Shown in pieces: positions 61,518 through 64,000 of a stretch of 64,000 nt of DNA. The translations under genes and the position numbers were made by a program. The stretch comes from an uncultured Chlorobiaceae bacterium (lineage in GTDB: Bacteria > Bacteroidota > Chlorobiia > Chlorobiales > Chlorobiaceae), in contig CAIOLC010000102.1 in NCBI GenBank assembly GCA_903859055.1, positions 2,170-66,169 of the forward strand, in the 5' to 3' direction. Position 1 is the stretch's first letter. Every line of letters starts with the position of its first letter. Under the pieces are notes generated by a model that searched no databases, was not told the origin of the DNA, and saw only the letters and a program-made list of their open reading frames with translations.

Positions 61518-62987
61518 ATGAAGAGTTTTCTGCCGCTGAATATCAGAATAGATAACAGGAAAATTCTCTTTGTCGGAGGCGGTAAAATTGCACTTCACAA
61601 AATCAAAACGGTTCTGCAGTACACCAGCAATATTTCAATTATTGCGCCAGAGATTCAGGATGAGCTGCATGAGACGGGATTTACAGAGATCTATAAAGAA
61701 TATGAAAAATCGGATCTTGAGGGCTTTTTTCTTGTCTATGCCTGCACCAACAACATAGAGGTGAACCGCAGGATAAAAAACGATGCGGCAGCTTATGGAA
61801 TTATGGTCAATGTTGTCGATAACCGGGAGTTGTCAGATTTCATTTCACCGGCAGTCATCAAAAAAGATGAGATGACCATTGCCGTATCCTCAAATGGAGA
61901 AAATGTAAAAAAATCAGTTGAGTGGCGAAACAAGATAAAAGCTATGCTCCAGCATGGCGATTTCTTTACAAAGAGTTCCGAACCGAACAAGAGTGGATAT
62001 GTCTCTATCATCGGTGCTGGGCCTGGTGACCCTGAATTGCTGACCATAAAGGCGCAAAGAGTGCTTCGTGAGGCCGATGTTATTCTTTATGATGACCTGG
62101 TGAGCAGCGAGATCGTTGACCGGCTTGACGCAGAAAAAATTTATACCGGCAAAAGAAAGGAGAGCCATCACTTTGAACAGGAGGCCATCAATGAAGAGCT
62201 TGTTTGCCAAGCTCTCCAGGGGAAAAAAGTTGCCAGATTAAAGGGAGGAGACCCCTTTATTTTTGGTCGAGGTGGTGAAGAAATAGAAGCGCTGCGGCAA
62301 CATGGTATCAGATATGAAATAATACCTGGTATTACTGCAGCCCATGGTGCCAGCGCCTACACAGAGATCCCCCTGACCATGAGAAAAATCTCCTCTTCGG
62401 TAGCCTTTTGCACTGGTCATCCGGTCAACAAAATCCAGGTTCCGGATGCGGATACTCTTGTCTACTACATGGTTGCATCTACCGTTCATGAGGTACTGGA
62501 AGCAGTTGCTGAAAAAGGCAGGGATGAGAATACCATGGTTGCGATAGTTCAGAATGCAACATGTTACAATCAGAAGATTATTACAGGCACACTGGGTGAA
62601 TTAAGAAAAAGTGAGCATGCGGTCTCTTCGCCAGCACTGCTTGTTCTTGGTAAAAATATCAATCAGTTTATCAAGGATAACTGGTACTCCAAAAAGAAAA
62701 AGGTGCTCATTGCGGGGGAAGATTCCGGGCTTTATGTTTCTGAGGAGTATACCAGGGTGCTTTTTTCATGCAAAAGTGTCGAGTGTACTGAACGGCATAA
62801 CCATCCACAGGAAATACCGTTAGACCTTGACTTTATTGACGAGATATATTTTTCATCATTGGCCAGCCTCAGAAACTTCAGCCTCCTCTATAAGAGCATT
62901 CCAGAGAAAATAACGGTAAAAACAGCCAGCCGCAAGGTAAATGATGAGTATAAAAAGCTTTTCCAGATATTGACTATTTCGTTGTAA
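61518..62987 (+). CDS. cysG: Siroheme synthase-like fusion: precorrin-2 dehydrogenase + uroporphyrinogen-III C-methyltransferase + short HemD-like tail
   Basis: LFVGGGKIA and VNVVDN...DFISP; [35 protein letters not shown]; about 97 extra C-terminal residues. Confidence 0.85.
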   Translation: MKSFLPLNIRIDNRKILFVGGGKIALHKIKTVLQYTSNISIIAPEIQDELHETGFTEIYKEYEKSDLEGFFLVYACTNNIEVNRRIKNDAAAYGIMVNVVDNRELSDFISPAVIKKDEMTIAVSSNGENVKKSVEWRNKIKAMLQHGDFFTKSSEPNKSGYVSIIGAGPGDPELLTIKAQRVLREADVILYDDLVSSEIVDRLDAEKIYTGKRKESHHFEQEAINEELVCQALQGKKVARLKGGDPFIFGRGGEEIEALRQHGIRYEIIPGITAAHGASAYTEIPLTMRKISSSVAFCTGHPVNKIQVPDADTLVYYMVASTVHEVLEAVAEKGRDENTMVAIVQNATCYNQKIITGTLGELRKSEHAVSSPALLVLGKNINQFIKDNWYSKKKKVLIAGEDSGLYVSEEYTRVLFSCKSVECTERHNHPQEIPLDLDFIDEIYFSSLASLRNFSLLYKSIPEKITVKTASRKVNDEYKKLFQILTISL

Positions 62988-63027
62988 TGAAGTATTTCTC
63001 TGAACTGTAGAAGGCTGGTTAAAAAGA

Positions 63028-63159
63028 TCAACTTAACTCATCGCCCTCGAGGAGATCAAGAATTCCGTTTAAGAGCGCATCAAGGGATTTTCCGTACATT
63101 CCTGATTTTTCTCATCGATAGTCACGCCTGAATTTCCGTGAAAATTCAATCCTCCTCAT
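63028..63159 (-). pseudogene. yafQ: YafQ-family toxin remnant
   Basis: Hand translation MRRIEFSRKFRRDYR*EKSGMYGKSLDALLNGILDLLEGDELS*; internal TGA at codon 16 and truncation. Confidence 0.75.
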
Positions 63160-63413
63160 TAAGCACCCTGAATAATTCTTCTCTGGAACTAACAGCAATA
63201 AGCTCTCCTCGTTGTGAGACTCCATAATAGCTTCTATCGTCTCGGCATTCGGGATGTGAGCGGTTCAAATGGCAATGCTTTTTCAGCGGCAACCCGCATC
63301 AGCATAAGGCGCACAGCATCGGACAGGGTGAGCCCTATGGAAGCCAGTACAGCGGTGGCTTCAGCTTTGGTTTTTTCGTCGATTCGAGCCCTCACAACAG
63401 TGTTTGCAATCAT
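63146..63413 (-). pseudogene. dinJ: RelB/DinJ-family antitoxin with two frameshifts
   Basis: VVRARIDEKTK...LASIGLTLSDAVRLML...LPFEPL; removing two CA duplications restores IPNAETIEAIMESQRGELIAVSSREELFRVLNEED*. Confidence 0.85.
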
Positions 63414-63613
63414 CTCTTTTTCTTGTTTGTCTCTACTCGTCGTGATTTCATGACGATGCTCTCTGACCGATTGCTTACAGGCGAAGAGCAGACCAGCTCT
63501 TCCTGATATCATTATTCAAGGGTCAGGTAAAGCCCTGCTTATTTTCCAGTTCCCCAAAGAATACTTTATATTGCTGATGATATTCATCTCCGTAATCCAC
63601 CTAATCCTTTCCA

Positions 63614-64000
63614 ATGGGTATTATCTCCCCACAGAAACCTGAACCGACAGGTCTCATTTCCAGGAGCGAAAAACGGTCAGTGAAAATACTTGTCGCCTCC
63701 CCCGGTGATGTCGACAGGGAACGGGAGATTGTTGAAGAGGTGATTGCAGAGTGGAACATCCGTAATGGTGATGATCGTCACATGGTTATCGAGGCGGTTC
63801 TGTGGGAAAAACATGCCGCGCCCGAAAACCGGGGAGAGGGCGAGGGGCCGCAGGAACCAATTACCCGCCAGCTTGTTGATGATTGCGATTGTGCTATCGG
63901 GATTTTCTGGCATCGCATAGGAACACCGACCAAACTTGCTGAAGGTGGAGCGGTTGAAGAGGTGCAGAGAATGCTGACCGTGCTGAAGCGTCCGGTGATG
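63614..64000 (+). CDS. DUF4062-like domain protein, runs off the right edge (not in the ORF track)
   Basis: Hand translation ...VKILVASPGDVDREREIVEEVIAEWN...LWEKHAAP...QLVDDCDCAIGIFWHRIGTPT...GGAVEE; start at ATG 63614 or GTG 63680. Confidence 0.78.
   Translation, partial: MGIISPQKPEPTGLISRSEKRSVKILVASPGDVDREREIVEEVIAEWNIRNGDDRHMVIEAVLWEKHAAPENRGEGEGPQEPITRQLVDDCDCAIGIFWHRIGTPTKLAEGGAVEEVQRMLTVLKRPVM

Noticed and set aside
353-63913. Many short antisense or alternate-frame ORFs in the supplied track (e.g. 8016..8720, 16156..16749, 19366..20076, 58222..58998)
   Set aside because: They lie within or opposite confidently identified genes and have no motifs of their own.

Overview
Mostly core chromosome of a green sulfur bacterium (Chlorobiaceae). 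The assignment rests on PscC reaction-centre cytochrome, type IV SQR, pyruvate:ferredoxin oxidoreductase, PEP carboxylase, the LpxC-FabZ fusion and a split CarB. Most of the window is housekeeping: lpxK (partial), purD, carB N-half, trpC, rpe, polA, pheA, yebC-ruvC, acs, leuS, pnp, panC, rsmI, sppA, comM, queF, xerC-hpf-hprK, peptide ABC genes, ruvB, gcvH-gcvPA, dapA. Two accessory blocks stand out. (1) About 6 kb between leuS and pnp (23921-29970) holds a sulfide/persulfide module. It has an osmC-DUF134-methyltransferase-DUF2892-sqr operon ending in a 52-aa ORF below the ORF-track cut-off, a convergent rhodanese with a CsoR/CstR-type operator, and a coupled monoheme cytochrome c / diheme mini-cytochrome / DUF4405 operon. 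(2) The right end (61.3-64 kb) holds a SirC-SUMT-(HemD-like) fusion, a decayed dinJ-yafQ pair and the start of a DUF4062 protein. purD is frameshifted at a (TC)4 tract. I found no rRNA, tRNA, CRISPR array or IS element. All family assignments are by eye from motifs; no database search was run.
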